Part shown: one piece after another, positions 1 through 15,144 of the stretch
How positions within the stretch are numbered: the first letter of the stretch is position 1
Layout: each line of letters begins with the position of its first letter
Assembly: GCA_964016885.1 (NCBI GenBank)
Contig: OZ024740.1
Location: 213,032,001 to 213,096,000, forward strand
Direction of reading: 5' to 3'
From: Eledone cirrhosa
Taxonomy: Eukaryota
DNA: 64,000 nt
Notes under the pieces: generated by a model
Databases searched by the model: none
Told to the model about the DNA's origin: nothing
The model's input: the letters and a program-made list of their open reading frames with translations, nothing else
Position numbers and translations under genes: made by a program

Positions 1-159
1 TGGAATGTAGAGAGCTTCTGAAGTGATCTTGTCGTCCAATTAACACAGTCAAGACCATATAACACAACTGGTAGGATGTAAGTATCAAAGATCTTAGCCT
101 TCAAATGGACAAAGAGCGCGGCTCCCTAATTCATAGACTACAAATGACCGCGATATCTG

Positions 160-268
160 GCATCTTCAAAATTTGAAAAACATTCTTGCTATTCAAGGGA
201 TAACAATTTCTTTTCTTTTACAACATTGCCACCAGGTCAAAATGTACTCGAAATTAAGAGAGAAAGAA
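160..268 (+). mobile_element. 3' end of an R4/Dong-like RLE non-LTR retrotransposon (copy 1)
   Basis: Similar to the ORF end and 3' UTR at ~941-1056 (ttcaaggga..caatttc..ccaccagg..tactcgaaattaagaga); followed directly by (CATA)n. Confidence 0.7.
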
Positions 269-361
269 CATACATACATACATACATACATACATACATG
301 CATACACACATACATACATACATACATACATACATACATACATACATACATACATACATAA

Positions 362-1056
362 GAGGAGGGCACAAAAGAGGAGGGCCAGCAGCTGACAATA
401 AATGTAGGCTATGTAAAACAAAGATCGAGGATGTAAGCCACATTGTTGCCAGCTGCGAAAGAATGTCATCTCGCTACTACCTCCCCATGAGACACGATGG
501 GATAGCTAGAACTATCTGGAACGCACTTCGGAAAACAAAATTAACAACAAACGAGGAAGAATATATTGAGACAGATGGCACTAAGGAATACTGGTGGAAC
601 CTGAAAATAAAAACTGCCACCAAATTAAAGCACAACCGGCCTGATATTGTAGTTTGGGACCACACATTGAAAACGTGTTCTGTTGTGGAGATCAGCTGCC
701 CACTTGATGTAAACGTTGTCAGAAAAATACAGGAGAAGGAGGACATCTACGGACCATTGATGAGGAGCTTACAAATCCAGTATCCAAGATACACCTTTAG
801 CTTCATACCCATCATTATTGGTGCTACGGGTTATATACCAACCCGCTTGGACCAAAGTATGACCGAACTTGGATTTGCGGACAAAAAGCGCAGCTCCCTA
901 ATTCATAGTCTACAAATGGCTGCGATAGCTGGTACCTTCAAAATATGCAAAACATTCTTGCGATTCAAGGGATGACAATTTCTTTTCTTTTACAACCTTG
1001 CCACCAGGAAGGTGGCCGGTCAAAAAAATATACTCGAAATTAAGAGAAAGAGAAAA
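362..1056 (+). mobile_element. 5'-truncated R4/Dong-like non-LTR retrotransposon (CCHC finger + restriction-like endonuclease)
   Basis: ORF 226..975: [34 protein letters not shown] (PD..D/ExK RLE); (CATA)n on both sides. Confidence 0.85.
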
Positions 1057-1069
1057 CATACATACATAC

Positions 1070-1480
1070 ATGGTGGCTGCCAACTCGTTTTCGAGTACGG
1101 CCACTACTTTATATCCATGTAGGAGAACCCCTACCGATGCGCTGAACGAGTGTGACTTTTCAGTCCGGCCAGCGACTTGAAAACTTTGGTACAAACACTA
1201 CACTTGTGACAATTATTGACACATAGTGCTGGGCCCATAGTACCATGTGACGACAAGTGCAGAGAGATCTCCAGATATAAAGCAATGCCTGTGCCGTGAA
1301 GCTTTTATAGTGAGCAAAGGCACTGCACAAAGCCATTCCCACTCTCTTAACCAAGATGATATTTACCAAAAAGAAGAACAAGTCAACATCATTGGATACC
1401 ATCAGGGTTGCAGGTGTTATATCAGAGTTTTCCTTCTCCTAGAATTCTGCCTTGACAAAGGCTAAGGGGTCATCTCTCCC
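1070..1480 (-). mobile_element. Decayed LINE (RTE-like) 3' end
   Basis: Minus strand reads ..VCTKVFKSLAGLKSHTRSAHR*, resembling the C-terminal zinc finger of RTE ORFs; abuts (CATA)n. Confidence 0.45.
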
Positions 1481-1516
1481 TACATACATACATACATACA
1501 TACATACATACATACA

Positions 1517-1548
<32 letters not shown>

Positions 1549-3769
1549 CACTTGGTTCTTTACATTACTTTTCTTGATTTCCCCTTCACGACTGAATACG
1601 TTATGAGCATCGCCGAATCCTTTTACATGCATCTGTCCGTCTACCCCAGGCCGCTATAATCTGCCCACCTACCCAAGCAACACATATGTAAACCTATATG
1701 TCGTAATTGAAGGAACAGAACCGTGAGTCAGAAATCTTTGTCCACCTAGGCAGCATATTCAGCTATTCTTACCTTTTAACTGAAAAAGTATCTCTACGGC
1801 TTCAGAAGACAACTGAATTTTTTAGGACTTTTGAGTCATATGTCTAGTTCAAATATGAAATCATACGGTTAAATAAATAAGAAATATCGTACCTATAATT
1901 AACCAACTTCTCTTCTTTACTCATGTGAAACATGAACCCGTTACAAGTACCATATAAATGAGACAAAGTTAAAAGTGTATAATGCTTGTCTTTTCATCAG
2001 TGCTGTTTTAAAGATATATTCTAAATGTCAGCTTGTTCTCGCGAACTCAAGATGCAGACATTTTGAGTGTTGTGTATTGAAGCAGTGGTGTTCATGAACC
2101 CCTTATTACTTATCTTGTACCCACAAACGATAAGAAGATCCCAAATCTGGTCCTGTATGCGTAAAGTAGTCCCAGCACAAACCATGACAGCCGTTTAAGA
2201 GTTGGGCAAAGTCCTCTGTAGCACTCGAAAGACGTGTATAACTGTTGATAAAATTACCAAAGTTGTTAACCTTCTTGATGTCACCCTGAAATTAGATGCT
2301 GGTTTATGTAGACTTTACCATAAAGTAGGTGAATGCTTCTTTTTATGTATATAAACAAATACAGAGAAACAAATCTCCAACCCTACGGTAACAAAATGCG
2401 GAAGAATAAACTGTGGCACTTGCCTATACTTAATTGAAGGAAAAATTTAAAGATGGCTAAACTTTTACAGTGAAAGACAACTTCACCTGTAGAAAAATTA
2501 AATGGTAAGAAACAGGGCTTGTTTTTTTACCTTAATTTATTCATATGTCCTGGTATTTCGAGATTAATAATTCTTTTTCCGAGAAAAATGAAGGAACTAT
2601 TCCAGTATGGGGTGTGGCTTGCTATACCATGCTGGCTGGAAGTGGTCTTTTTTTCCAACTTCTTTTGTTTTAAAGTTAAGATCTGGACAGGTCCAATGAG
2701 CACAGAGTTGTTTCACTTTAAATCCGCTTAGATGCATATATATTAATACACGCTGACACACCCGTGCATGCATACATGTGTGTGTGTAAGCACGAACGCA
2801 AATACGTAAACACGCATGGATGGAATCATGTAAACACATGTAAACACACGATTTCTCCCGGATGGATAATGTGCTCGTAAGTGGGCCCATGTGTGTCCTT
2901 ATGTATAGAGTCCAGTGGCCTTCTAAGTTCGGTGTTATGTGCCTAGTTCTATGTTAGGTATTTTGTGCTTAGTTCTAGTCTATTATTGTCAACAGTCCCG
3001 AGACACGTTTCATGTACTCAAGTTAAGTGCTTACACTTCGTACTATACGGTGGTAATCACTTGAAACAGTTTTCATACTAAGACTGTTTCTTAAGACATC
3101 AACTATTGTCTTGTTTTTACATTCTAACAGCAGAAAAGAGAGGAAATAAACGAAGAGAAAACACGAGGAATATTTAGAAACATAAATATTCCTCGTGCTT
3201 TCTCTTCGTTTATTTAGAAACATAAATAAAACCAAACTAACCTGAAATGCAATATGGAAAAAAGAAAGATAACAAATGGAAGAGTCTTTTGTTTCTTTTA
3301 AGATAGATGTTTAAATAAATACAAAACAAATGAACCTCATTCGTTCTTCTCGTTTGTGAACTGAAAGAAGTGAATGACAAAGACAGTGTGGATGTAGTTT
3401 TTGTGATAGCAACCAGAATACTATTTTCTTTCGTTTATTTTATATATATATGCAAAGAAATAATAATAATAATGGTAACAAAAACAACAAAAGCAACATA
3501 CCCCCACCACCTCTTCGCCAAATACCAGATATGAACTTGTGTAAAATTTCTGGATTACTTGTTTTCTTAAGTAACAAAGATAGTGGTAAGTATTCGATGA
3601 CTATAAACGTCGGTAAAAGAGGGAGATTTCATACACACACAAATTATGTATATACACACATTTATATACATGGATGGTAGTGGTGGTGGTGGTAGTGGGG
3701 ATATGGTGGTGGTGGTGGTGGTGTTGGTGGTGGTGGTGGTGGTGTTGGTGGTGGTGGTGGTGGTGGTGA

Positions 3770-4060
3770 TAGAGTGTGTTCTGGCTATGATTTAATGCTT
3801 CCTTAATTCTGAGATTGCCGAGGTTTCTTTCTTTTGTTTCAACCTTAACTGTTATTCTTTTGGTGGTGTTTTTGTATTTCTCTAAGTGTTTCTTGAATGA
3901 GGAAGCGTTAGTGTTAAAGTGTTCCTTAATCATGATGTGTATGTGCCTGGTGGTGATACCTATATAGAAGTTGTCACATGTATCACACTGTAATCCCTAT
4001 ACGACGTATGCTTCATGACATATGTCTGTGTTATTGATGGGGCAGTTGACCAGCATGCAG
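3770..4060 (-). mobile_element. Penelope-like GIY-YIG endonuclease remnant
   Basis: YIG..IKEH..SSFKKHL..LRIKEAL-type motifs (ORF 3601..3933 and just upstream). Confidence 0.55.
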
Positions 4061-4590
4061 CGTCTATTGAGTTCTGTAAGTCAACTCCTAGATCAAAGGT
4101 TCTCAACGGAGGGCGTTTCAGAGCTCCAGGGGGCGTTTTGGAGCAAGGGGGCGTTAGGGAGGCGTTTGAAGATTTGGGGGCGCTGGAAGGCTCTTTACTT
4201 TTGTAAATTTTATAAGCCATATTTGTACGTCTCTGAGACAGCCAGTGTGAATGCATTTGAATGAAGAAAACGAAGAAAATAAATAAAAGAAGCTTGTCAA
4301 CGAATTCCCTATGGAGATAAAAGAAAAACGAAAGAAATCAAAGAAAATGAAAATAAGGACCACGTCAACTATTACAAGAACAACTTCAACAGAAATGACA
4401 AAAAAAAAGAAACACTGAGGATGAAAGGTGTTGGTATATACTTATACATACAAAAAAAACATAAATCATGTCACATATACACACACTTAAATATAAATGC
4501 ATGCATATTTACAAATATATAAATGTATAGTTATACACATACGTACATGTATGTATATATATATATGTATGTATATATGTATGTATGTAG

Positions 4591-4648
<58 letters not shown>

Positions 4649-4684
4649 GTATAGAAAGTATTGTAGCAAGAAGCCAACAGTATT

Positions 4685-4756
<72 letters not shown>

Positions 4757-4957
4757 CACACACACGCACATATATATTTTGTTCCTTTTTCAGTGTGGTC
4801 TACCTCTGGTAGTAGGGTCCGTACCGTAGATAGAACTCAATGTAACCCAGTAAGAACTAACATTAGTGAGGTTCTGTGATCGGTGAGTTAATTCTTTAGA
4901 TACAGAGTCTGATATTAGGTATTAAATTAATAATTTATTTTCATTGTTAATTTAATA

Positions 4958-4998
<41 letters not shown>

Positions 4999-5127
4999 GA
5001 GGTTATATTTAATTTGTTGGGATTCAACAAGCTTAAAAGTTTTTATAACTGATATAAAGCACTCAACTGTAGTGGAGTAAATACACAATATATTAATAAA
5101 TGGAAACTATATTTATAAAACCATTTT

Positions 5128-5193
5128 TATTTTATTATATATATTTCAAGGGCAACCAAGGCAAATTATGGTGCGCTTTCATCAGATAAAATA
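5128..5193 (-). ncRNA. Type I hammerhead ribozyme (intact core)
   Basis: tattttat-CTGATGA-aagcgcacc..ggttgccctt-GAAA-tatatATA-ataaaata; 8-bp stem I, palindromic stem III. Confidence 0.8.
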
Positions 5194-5378
5194 CAAATTT
5201 GTTTTATGAATAAATATTGACATACCCAGAAAAAAAGACAACCTTAACGGTTGGAGCTTCCTGGATAGCTTCCTGGATAGCTTCTGGATAGCTTCCTGGA
5301 TAGCTATCCAGGAAGCTCCAACCGTTAAGGTTGTCTTTTTTTCCGGGTATGTCAATATTTATTCATAAAACAAATTTG

Positions 5379-5444
5379 TATTTTATTTGATGAAAGCGCA
5401 CCATAATTTGCCTTGGTTGCCCTTGAAATATATATAATAAAATA
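5379..5444 (+). ncRNA. Hammerhead motif, uncompensated C3U (probably impaired)
   Basis: Mirror of 5128-5193 but the core reads TTGATGA. Confidence 0.6.
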
Positions 5445-5482
5445 AATATGGTTTTATAAATATAGTTTCCATTTATTAATAT

Positions 5483-5549
<67 letters not shown>

Positions 5550-6740
5550 AGTAAGGTTGCTTGGAGGCATCCATAGGCGGTATGCCAGTTGAGCACTCTA
5601 TGCTCCTTTGGAGTAGAGTATAATAATATGGAAAATGAAGAATCAGTGATGCATCGAAACACAATTTATTAAGGTATTATAATTGTTTGTCCGGCGATTA
5701 GCTCGAGGTGTGATCTATTTGTGGATCGAACCTGACTCTGGATTCGCAAGTTCCTCAGATACGTCTGTTGAACTCCGACCCTTAGAATTTCTATCATCTG
5801 CCATCATCCGGTTAGAGACGTCATCTGTATGTTTGACCATTCCAAACTGCCCACTGACCATTCCCATTTAGGCGTGAGCTGTCACTCACCTTAACTCTGT
5901 CGCCAAAATTACTGCTAGGTGGGCGAGGGGTTATGATCTGCCTTGCCAGTCCCTAGCTTGCCCGTCGCCCGACACATACACAACCATACACACGTGCGCT
6001 CACACATATACAGACATTCCGAGCTCCTGATCACATGCTTATCTGTGGGGACATATACACACACACACACGCGCGTGTACACTCACGCGTGTTCTCACAC
6101 ACTTACACATGCATATATTCACACCCTCATATATCGTTACATGCATACACAGATATACGCATACATGTACACATACACGGACCCATAGATATACATACAT
6201 ATATATCCATATATACATATATATATATGCACATATATACACACCTATATATACATACGCATACATATACCCGCGCGTACGTAGACACACAACCAAGCCT
6301 AATCTTATACATTTATATATATATATATATATATATTCAGTGATACATGTGAACATAAGATCTGGCGAATCATTGACGAGAAGACGAAAGACGCATCCAA
6401 GCCATGCGAAATGTGAGCGAGAAAAGAATTTCACACGGGTCAGAGGGGAGGAAGTGAGAGAGGGTGAGTAGCAGAGATGGAGTGAGTGAAAGTGTGAGGA
6501 AGAGGCTAGGCGAGAGAGGGTGACTAGCGAGGGATGAGCTTGGCTGGTCTCGCTTGGGGATTCAATCGGATCAGTTAGAGACGGTTGCTTCTGACATGAC
6601 CCAAAGGAAGGAGTGTTTGAGGACCCCCATGGCCCTCTCTGGAATAAGTGGGTGAAGAAGAAGAGTAAAAGAAGAGAATACATATATATGTGTGTGTGTG
6701 TGTATGTGTGTGTGTGTATTATATGTTTATACATATATAT

Positions 6741-7305
<565 letters not shown>

Positions 7306-7574
7306 TAGATAAATATACACGGGTGTGTATGATTGTGTATAGAAGATTATATTAATAAAAGGAATTCCAACTTTGTCTGATTTACTCGTTTTATTTGCAA
7401 TCCTTTAAAATTCATAATGGTATTAGAATTAAATAGTATGGTAGAATATTAAATGTTAAGTGTTAATTGAGCAAGTACTTTCATGCTTTCGCAATCTCCA
7501 GCTTCATATTCTGTGGTGACAGTCAAGTTTGCAATTTTCAACTGTGAAATCAGACAAAGTTGGAATTCCTTTTA

Positions 7575-7615
<41 letters not shown>

Positions 7616-7823
7616 CGTTTCTGAATTTGTTTATCAAGATTCTTTATCTGAAAACGTGTGTTGAAACCGATATTGTTATACTTTGGGAGGGTCATGTTGC
7701 CAATAAGAAACACACGCACCAGTTGCTTTCACTTCAATTTATTATAATAAATTTATAAATTTAGGAATTTATAAATTTCTGGTTGGTTGGTTGGTTCCAC
7801 AACCAGATAGTTGTTTATATATT

Positions 7824-7866
7824 GTCAAAGTTCTTTCGTCACACATTCTGTGACCTCTTCAGTGAC
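7824..7866 (-). ncRNA. Minimal hammerhead in Penelope pLTR
   Basis: gtca-CTGAAGA-ggtcac..gtgac-GAAA-gaaCTT-tgac. Confidence 0.7.
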
Positions 7867-8503
7867 TGGGGATTCTTTTCTTTGTTTTTGTGCCTCTCCT
7901 TTGTTCTGTCCTACGCCATTTTGTTTCTGTGTGTGTGTTGTGTACTCAGTCTGCGCATGCGTCACATCCGGGTGTCTGTGTGTGTTTATATTCGTTTATT
8001 TATTTGTTTATTTACATGTTACCGGTTGGTACAGATGATTCTTTGCTATCTTGAAGGTCTCGCCAGTGTTCATTTATGAACACTGGCGAGGCCTTCAAGA
8101 TTGTAAAGAATCATCTGTACTCTACCAACATGCTAAAATAGAACATAAGGGTAAATTAGAGAACATAGAAATAAAAATAGAATCTACACACAGAAAAGAC
8201 GCAATGTTTAGACAAATCACAGGGGCAATAAACATAAATGAACTCCAACCAAAATTAAATAGAAAACATGAATGGAACAGCAACATTACAACTTACAATT
8301 AAGGACAAAATGAAAACACACACGCACATAGAACAAACAACCAACCAGTATCATGTAAATAAACAAATAAATAAACAAATATAAACACACACAGACACCC
8401 GGATGTAACGCATGCGCAATCTAAGCACACAACACACACACAGAAACAAAATGGCGTAGGACAGAACAAAGGAGAGGCACAAAAACAAAGAAAAGAATCC
8501 CCA

Positions 8504-8546
8504 GTCACTGAAGAGGTCACAGAATGTGTGACGAAAGAACTTTGAC
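8504..8546 (+). ncRNA. Minimal hammerhead in Penelope pLTR
   Basis: Same motif as 7824-7866. Confidence 0.7.
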
Positions 8547-8692
8547 AATATATAAACAACTATCTGGTTGTGGAACCAACCAACCAACCAGAAATTTATA
8601 AATTCCTAAATTTATAAATTTATTATAATAAATTGAAGTGAAAGCAACTGGTGCGTGTGTTTCTTATTGGCAACATGACCCTCCCAAAGTAT

Positions 8693-8761
<69 letters not shown>

Positions 8762-8841
8762 CTATATATATATATACAGAAGTAAAAGTTAAGTGATAAT
8801 ATTCAAGAGTAAGAGTACTCAGTCCAAAGGACGAGTTTAGT

Positions 8842-8952
8842 ATAAATAATTGCAACAATGACATAAACAGGAACTCAAGTTTCGTTGAGATTCTGGGCCC
8901 AGAACCCAACGAAACTTGAGTACCTGTTTATGTCCCTGTTGTAATTATTTAT
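8842..8952. repeat. Palindrome containing the 3' half of a hammerhead
   Basis: Arms centred on gggccc (8895-8900); right arm has GAAAC-ttga-GTA (8911-8922). Confidence 0.7.
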
Positions 8953-9685
8953 CTGTTAGACACGCAGTGACTAACAACAGAATGTTTTAAGTCTGCGTGT
9001 CTGACATATATGCGAAGCTTGTGAATAAAAAATTCAAGAGGTATCGCTGGCCGTGGTGATCCCTGCCAAATATATTTTGTAATGTATCGCCTTATTGGCT
9101 AATTTCATCCTCTTATTGGCTAATCAACCAACGAGAGTAATTGTTGCTCAAAAGCATCCGCCATTATATTAGCACGTTTATTTATCGTTTCGCTTTCGAG
9201 TCTTCCTCTAGTATTTCGTCGTTTATCATCAAAATATATTTCTCGTTTTGGTAAGTTATATTGTTAATTTATATATGATTTTTTAAATTTATATAAATTT
9301 TTTTTTCAGTTCGTTATAACATGCTTATAATATTGGTTGTATCATATTTACTTGTATATTTGTCCATATTATTGTTCGTTTTATGTTAGATTATTTTATT
9401 ATTATTATGTTAGATTATTTTTTTTATTATTATGTTAGACTATTTGAATGTAATATTTAATTTTTATTAATTCAACTATAACAATTATTATGTAAAATAT
9501 ATTTATTTAATATTGATTGTTTTTTGTAGTTGTTTATATTAAAAGTCTGAAAATATTTTTATACATTATATGATCATTTATAAAATAACAATTATATAAT
9601 CTAATTACATTACAACGATAATTTATTATTAATATATATCATGTTTAACTAGAGTTATTACAAGCGTTACCTTTAAAAAAATTAA

Positions 9686-10102
9686 ACTAGACCTGAAAAA
9701 TGCGCAAGCTCAAAAGAGCCACAGAGTGTGGGACTAGAGTTGCTGCTCAAAAATATTGTAATCATTATCTATCGTACACTCTGTGGCATCCTTTTATAAA
9801 ATAAAGACTCATAACGAACTCAAGACGACACGATAATTATTTAAGTGAATTTATAATATAGAATTTGGTTTAAGTGCATTTCGTATTACTAAACATCTAA
9901 TATGAGATATTGAACATTAGCTTAAATAATTATCGCGTCGTCTTGGGTTCGTTATGAGTCGCTTTTTTATAAAAGGATGCTACAGTGTGTACGATAGATA
10001 ATGATTACAATATTTTTGAGTAACAACTCTAGTCCGACACTTTTGAAGGTTTATTATAACATTCTGTGGCTCTTTTCAGCTTGCGCATTTTTCAGGTCTA
10101 GT
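9686..10102. mobile_element. MITE / fold-back DNA element with ~160-bp TIRs
   Basis: actagacctgaaaaatgcgcaagct..ataattatttaag versus its reverse complement at 9921-10102. Confidence 0.8.
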
Positions 10103-10190
10103 ATATATATGTTTCTTTAGAAATACGAAATTCCAATACATATCTGTATACAGCTATGCCTGAAGATAATTCCTAATTCTATTTTAGACA

Positions 10191-11339
<1,149 letters not shown>

Positions 11340-11380
11340 CAAAATGTAAATAAATGAAAAATATTCTCATAATCAAAATA

Positions 11381-11447
11381 TATATTTTATTATTCATATT
11401 TCAAAGGTACAATGGTGTTTAAGTACGTTTTCATCAGACAAAATATA
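11381..11447 (-). ncRNA. Type I hammerhead ribozyme (intact core)
   Basis: tatattttgt-CTGATGA-aaacgtac..gtaccttt-GAAA-tatgaATA-ataaaatata; 10-bp stem I. Confidence 0.8.
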
Positions 11448-11859
11448 TGATTTGATATGTGACATACTGCTATGGATTTGATTATTCAATTCCAGTATTG
11501 GCAGTGATTTATTTCATCAAATCGCAACGTTTTTATACAACAAATAATATGATAAACTTAAAGAAGAAAATGACGTAGAGCAAGTTAGAAATATAGGAGG
11601 GGGATACAAAGAAGAGGAAAAGGCAAGAAATAAACAAATAAATAAATAAATAATAAATAAATAAATGGATGAATGAATAAAAGAAGAAAAAAATATAAAA
11701 GAAAAGAGGAATAAAGACAAAAGAGAGGGAATATGTGGGGAGAGTAAAGAGAAAACGAAGGGGAATAAAGAAAAACGAAGAAAAAGAAAATATGAAATAG
11801 AAGGGAATAAAAAACCGTTGTATTCAAATGCTAGGTTAAATAAGAAATCAAAAATCTAT

Positions 11860-13349
11860 TCACAAATATGCTTTCCATGGAAAGCATCCAGCAAATAGCT
11901 AATTCCATCCACCAGAGTATTAGAGTTACTATAGACTACCTAAGCAAACACCCCAACCATCAATTACCTGTACTAGACACAGAGCTCTGGTTAGAAACCA
12001 TTAATAACAAAAAACAAATCCTCCATTCCCATTATGCCAAACCCATGACTTCCAAATATCTGATCCACCAAAACTCAGCTGTTTCGGATCACACCAAAAT
12101 CAACATACTGATTGCGGATTTGGTACGGGTGATGAGAAATGTGTCCCGCATGTGCAACCCCAAAGAACTAGAGAGACACATACAACACTTCATCCACCAT
12201 ATGGTTACAATCAGAGAGATAAAATCAGAGTATGTAGAGGAGCCAGAACCAAATGGGAAAAAATGGTAAATAATGATACAAATGGGACCTGCCCTTTGTA
12301 TAGAAGCAAATTTTGGAATAGAATAGAAAGAACTAGGAATAAGGTTAATAGAATAAACTCATGGTATGATAGCAATAAATACCAGAGTGTAATGTTCATC
12401 AATACAACCCCTAGAGGTGAATTAGCTTACAAATTTAGAAGGGCCCTAGATAAATATAAACTTAATATTAAGATAGTAGAAAACCAGGTACCTCCATAAA
12501 ACACTTATTAGCAATACATACCCTTTTCAAAGACCTCCCTGTATAGATAAGAAATGCATAATCTGTAAACTAAGCCCCCATATTAACTGTAAAACTAGAC
12601 ATGTAGTATATAGCATAAGATGTACTGAGGGACAATGTAAAGATAAGAATATAGTATACATAGGTGAGACAGCTCGTAGTATAGGAGAACGGTTAAATGA
12701 ACACTGGCGAGAACTTCAAGATAAAAAAGAATCATCAATACTCCACCAACATGCTAAAATAGAACATAAGGGCAAATTAGAGAACAGAAATAAAAATAGA
12801 ATCTACACACAGAAAAGACGCAATGTTTAGACAAATCACAGAGGCAATAAACATAAATGAACTCCAACCAAAATTAAATAGAAATCATGAATTGAACAGC
12901 AACATCACAACTTACAATTAAGGACAAAATGAAAACACACACACACATAGAACAAACAACCAACCAGTAACATGTAAATAAACAAATAAATAAACGAATA
13001 AAAAACACACAGACACCCGGATGTAACACATGCGCAAACTAAGCACACAACACACACAAAAACAAGATAGCGTAGGACAGAACAAAGAAAAGAATCCCCA
13101 GTCACTGAAGAGGTCACAGAATGTGTGACGAAAGAACTTTGACAATATATGAACAACCGTCCGGTTATGGAACCAACCAACCGGAAATTTATAAATTCCT
13201 AAATTTATAAATTTAATTTATAATAAATTGGAGTGAAAGCAACTGGTGCGTGTGTTTCTTATTGACAACATGACCCTCCCAAAGCATAACAATATCGGTT
13301 TCAACACACGTTTTCAGATAAAGAATCTTGCTAAACAAATTCAGAAACG

Positions 13350-13352
<3 letters not shown>
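11860..13352 (+). mobile_element. Penelope-like retroelement, 5'-truncated (RT C-terminus, GIY-YIG, pLTR)
   Basis: LPVLDTELW..HYAKP in ORF 11868; VVYSIRC..YIGETARSIGERLNEH at ~12600-12710; pLTR ends at (TA)n. Confidence 0.85.
13101..13143 (+). ncRNA. Minimal hammerhead in Penelope pLTR
   Basis: Identical to 8504-8546. Confidence 0.7.
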
Positions 13353-13402
<50 letters not shown>

Positions 13403-13405
<3 letters not shown>

Positions 13406-14400
13406 ATATATATATAAAGTTGTAGTTCCTGTCTGTTTGTTCGTTTGTTGGTTTTTTCCCGAACTCCTATGGTTTTAGAGATAGACCCCCATAACTTTAT
13501 ATATTCTGAAACTACATTGCCCAGGGTACTTGGATAAGTATATTTCCTTTTAATCAAAGGGTTCTCAGGCGCACAAATCCCCGCTGAAAATCTTTTTCCT
13601 TCGATTTATATGAAATTTAAACCATAGGTAAATGACAAGATATGACGCCTATTCACAAAATTTCAGCAAATTTCAATGATATTAAAACACCCTAATGGTG
13701 GTTAAACCTCGTATAGTGAAAATTTTGGCTAATAAATGGAACAAGATTGTATGAGAACTTTATTGAAGCAACCATTATACTCGGGTCTTACAAAGGTTAA
13801 GCTCTTCTCATTCTGAAGATTCCACTTATACCAAGTCATAGCGAGTTGCCTTTTACATTTAAGAGGCTGCAGTTCCCAGTGAAGCCATGCTTTGCCATGA
13901 GCATCAATAACAGTCAAGGTCAAACTTTCAAAACTATTGGTATAGATCTGACAAACCCATGTTTCAGTCATGGCATGTTTTATGTGGCTGTTTCAAGGAC
14001 TAGAAGTTCAAAAAATATCTACATTATAGCCAATCAAAGAAAGACAAGAAATGTTGTTTACCCTAAAGTTCTTCATTAGGACAAAGTATGAAATATACTT
14101 TGAATTTCTAATTTGAAAATAATGCTTTACACAAAAATGAAATGATCAAGTTTTGAATTGATATTTTGAAAAAAATTATTTACAAGAAACAAAATAAGAA
14201 TAAGATTTAATAATGTAATTTTGATTTGATATATTTCAAAAAATAATGTTTTCCAATTTTTCATGGATTACATTTTGCATTGAGTAATATTGAAATACAG
14301 AGCTTTTCTCCATAAATTATATCACTGATTTAAAATCAATAATCATTTTCTTACAAAACAAAATGTGTGAAACGCAGCAAGGCGCGGGTAATTCAGCTAG
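13403..14400 (+). mobile_element. Internally deleted Helitron
   Basis: 5' cctatatatatataaa; Pif1-helicase C-terminus (RLQFPVKPCFAMSINNSQGQT..FSHGMFYVAVSR..TRNVVY); GC-rich subterminal stretch, then CTAG|T at 14400. Confidence 0.85.
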
Positions 14401-14966
14401 TACATATAACTATAAATATATACGTCTATGAAGTACTATTCAAGTTGTTTGAGACAGTCGCAAAAAAGACTAGAGCGAGAATTTATCGCCCAGACTCATC
14501 AACTATTTTGCCGAATTTACCATGCACTGTATATTTCAGTTGAATCAAAGTTTACAAGTATAGGCGACAACAAATATTATACAACAAAATATTATACTAC
14601 ACTTGATAGTTCCTCTGTTTCTATTTTAAGAATTACTTTCACACTTACACTCACATTGACACTCACACTTACTCTATTACATGTAAAACTCTGTTTTTCT
14701 TTTCTAATTACTTTCATAGTTACTCAAAACTGTCCTTTTCCCAATTTTAAACAACTTTTACTATTGCATTACATTTAGACATTGTCCGTTTATTTTTCTA
14801 TTTTACCCCCAAATCTCACACTTACACTATTACATTACATTTAAAGATGTTTTTTTTTTTTCAATTTTAACCTCAACTCTCGCACTTTATTACATTAAAA
14901 ACTCTGTGTGTGTGTATATATATGCACACAGAGATTGATATTTGTATTCAGATGTTTAGTCCAAGC

Positions 14967-15132
14967 CAGTGGTTTCCAAAGTGTGTTCCACAAAAGATGT
15001 ATGGGTTTCTTTGAAAACAGGTAGAGGAGTATATTTATATTACGACCATATAACAGTATTAGACACTGGGGTTCCCCTAAAAGTTTCTGAACCAAAAGGA
15101 GTTTTGCGTTAGAAAAATTTTGGGAAACTCTG
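14967..15132. mobile_element. hAT (Charlie-like) MITE
   Basis: TIRs cagtggtttccaaa / ttgggaaactctg; 8-bp TSD-like gtccaagc / atctaagc. Confidence 0.6.
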
Positions 15133-15144
15133 ATCTAAGCTATG

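Larger units (their letters stand above)
5086..5487. repeat. ~400-bp fold-back palindrome between (TA)n tracts, with an HHR in each arm
   Basis: Near-perfect inverted arms centred at 5303/5304; 4x gcttcctggata at the centre. Confidence 0.9.
7613..8700 (+). mobile_element. Penelope-like 3' fragment: inverted pseudo-LTR, GIY-YIG tail, pseudo-LTR; flanked by (TA)n
   Basis: About 7670-8030 is the reverse complement of ~8340-8700; ORF 8051..8302 matches the endonuclease tail at 12700-12920; hairpin junction at ~8075. Confidence 0.85.

Noticed and set aside
2994-3087. Minus-strand GAAACgtGTC with a possible stem I
   Set aside because: The 5' core is not recognisable; too decayed to call.
7646-7682. 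Second HHR in the pLTR (CTGAAAA..GAAAC..GTT; also ~13290 and ~48960)
   Set aside because: C3 with A8 is uncompensated, and stems I and II are only 2-3 bp.
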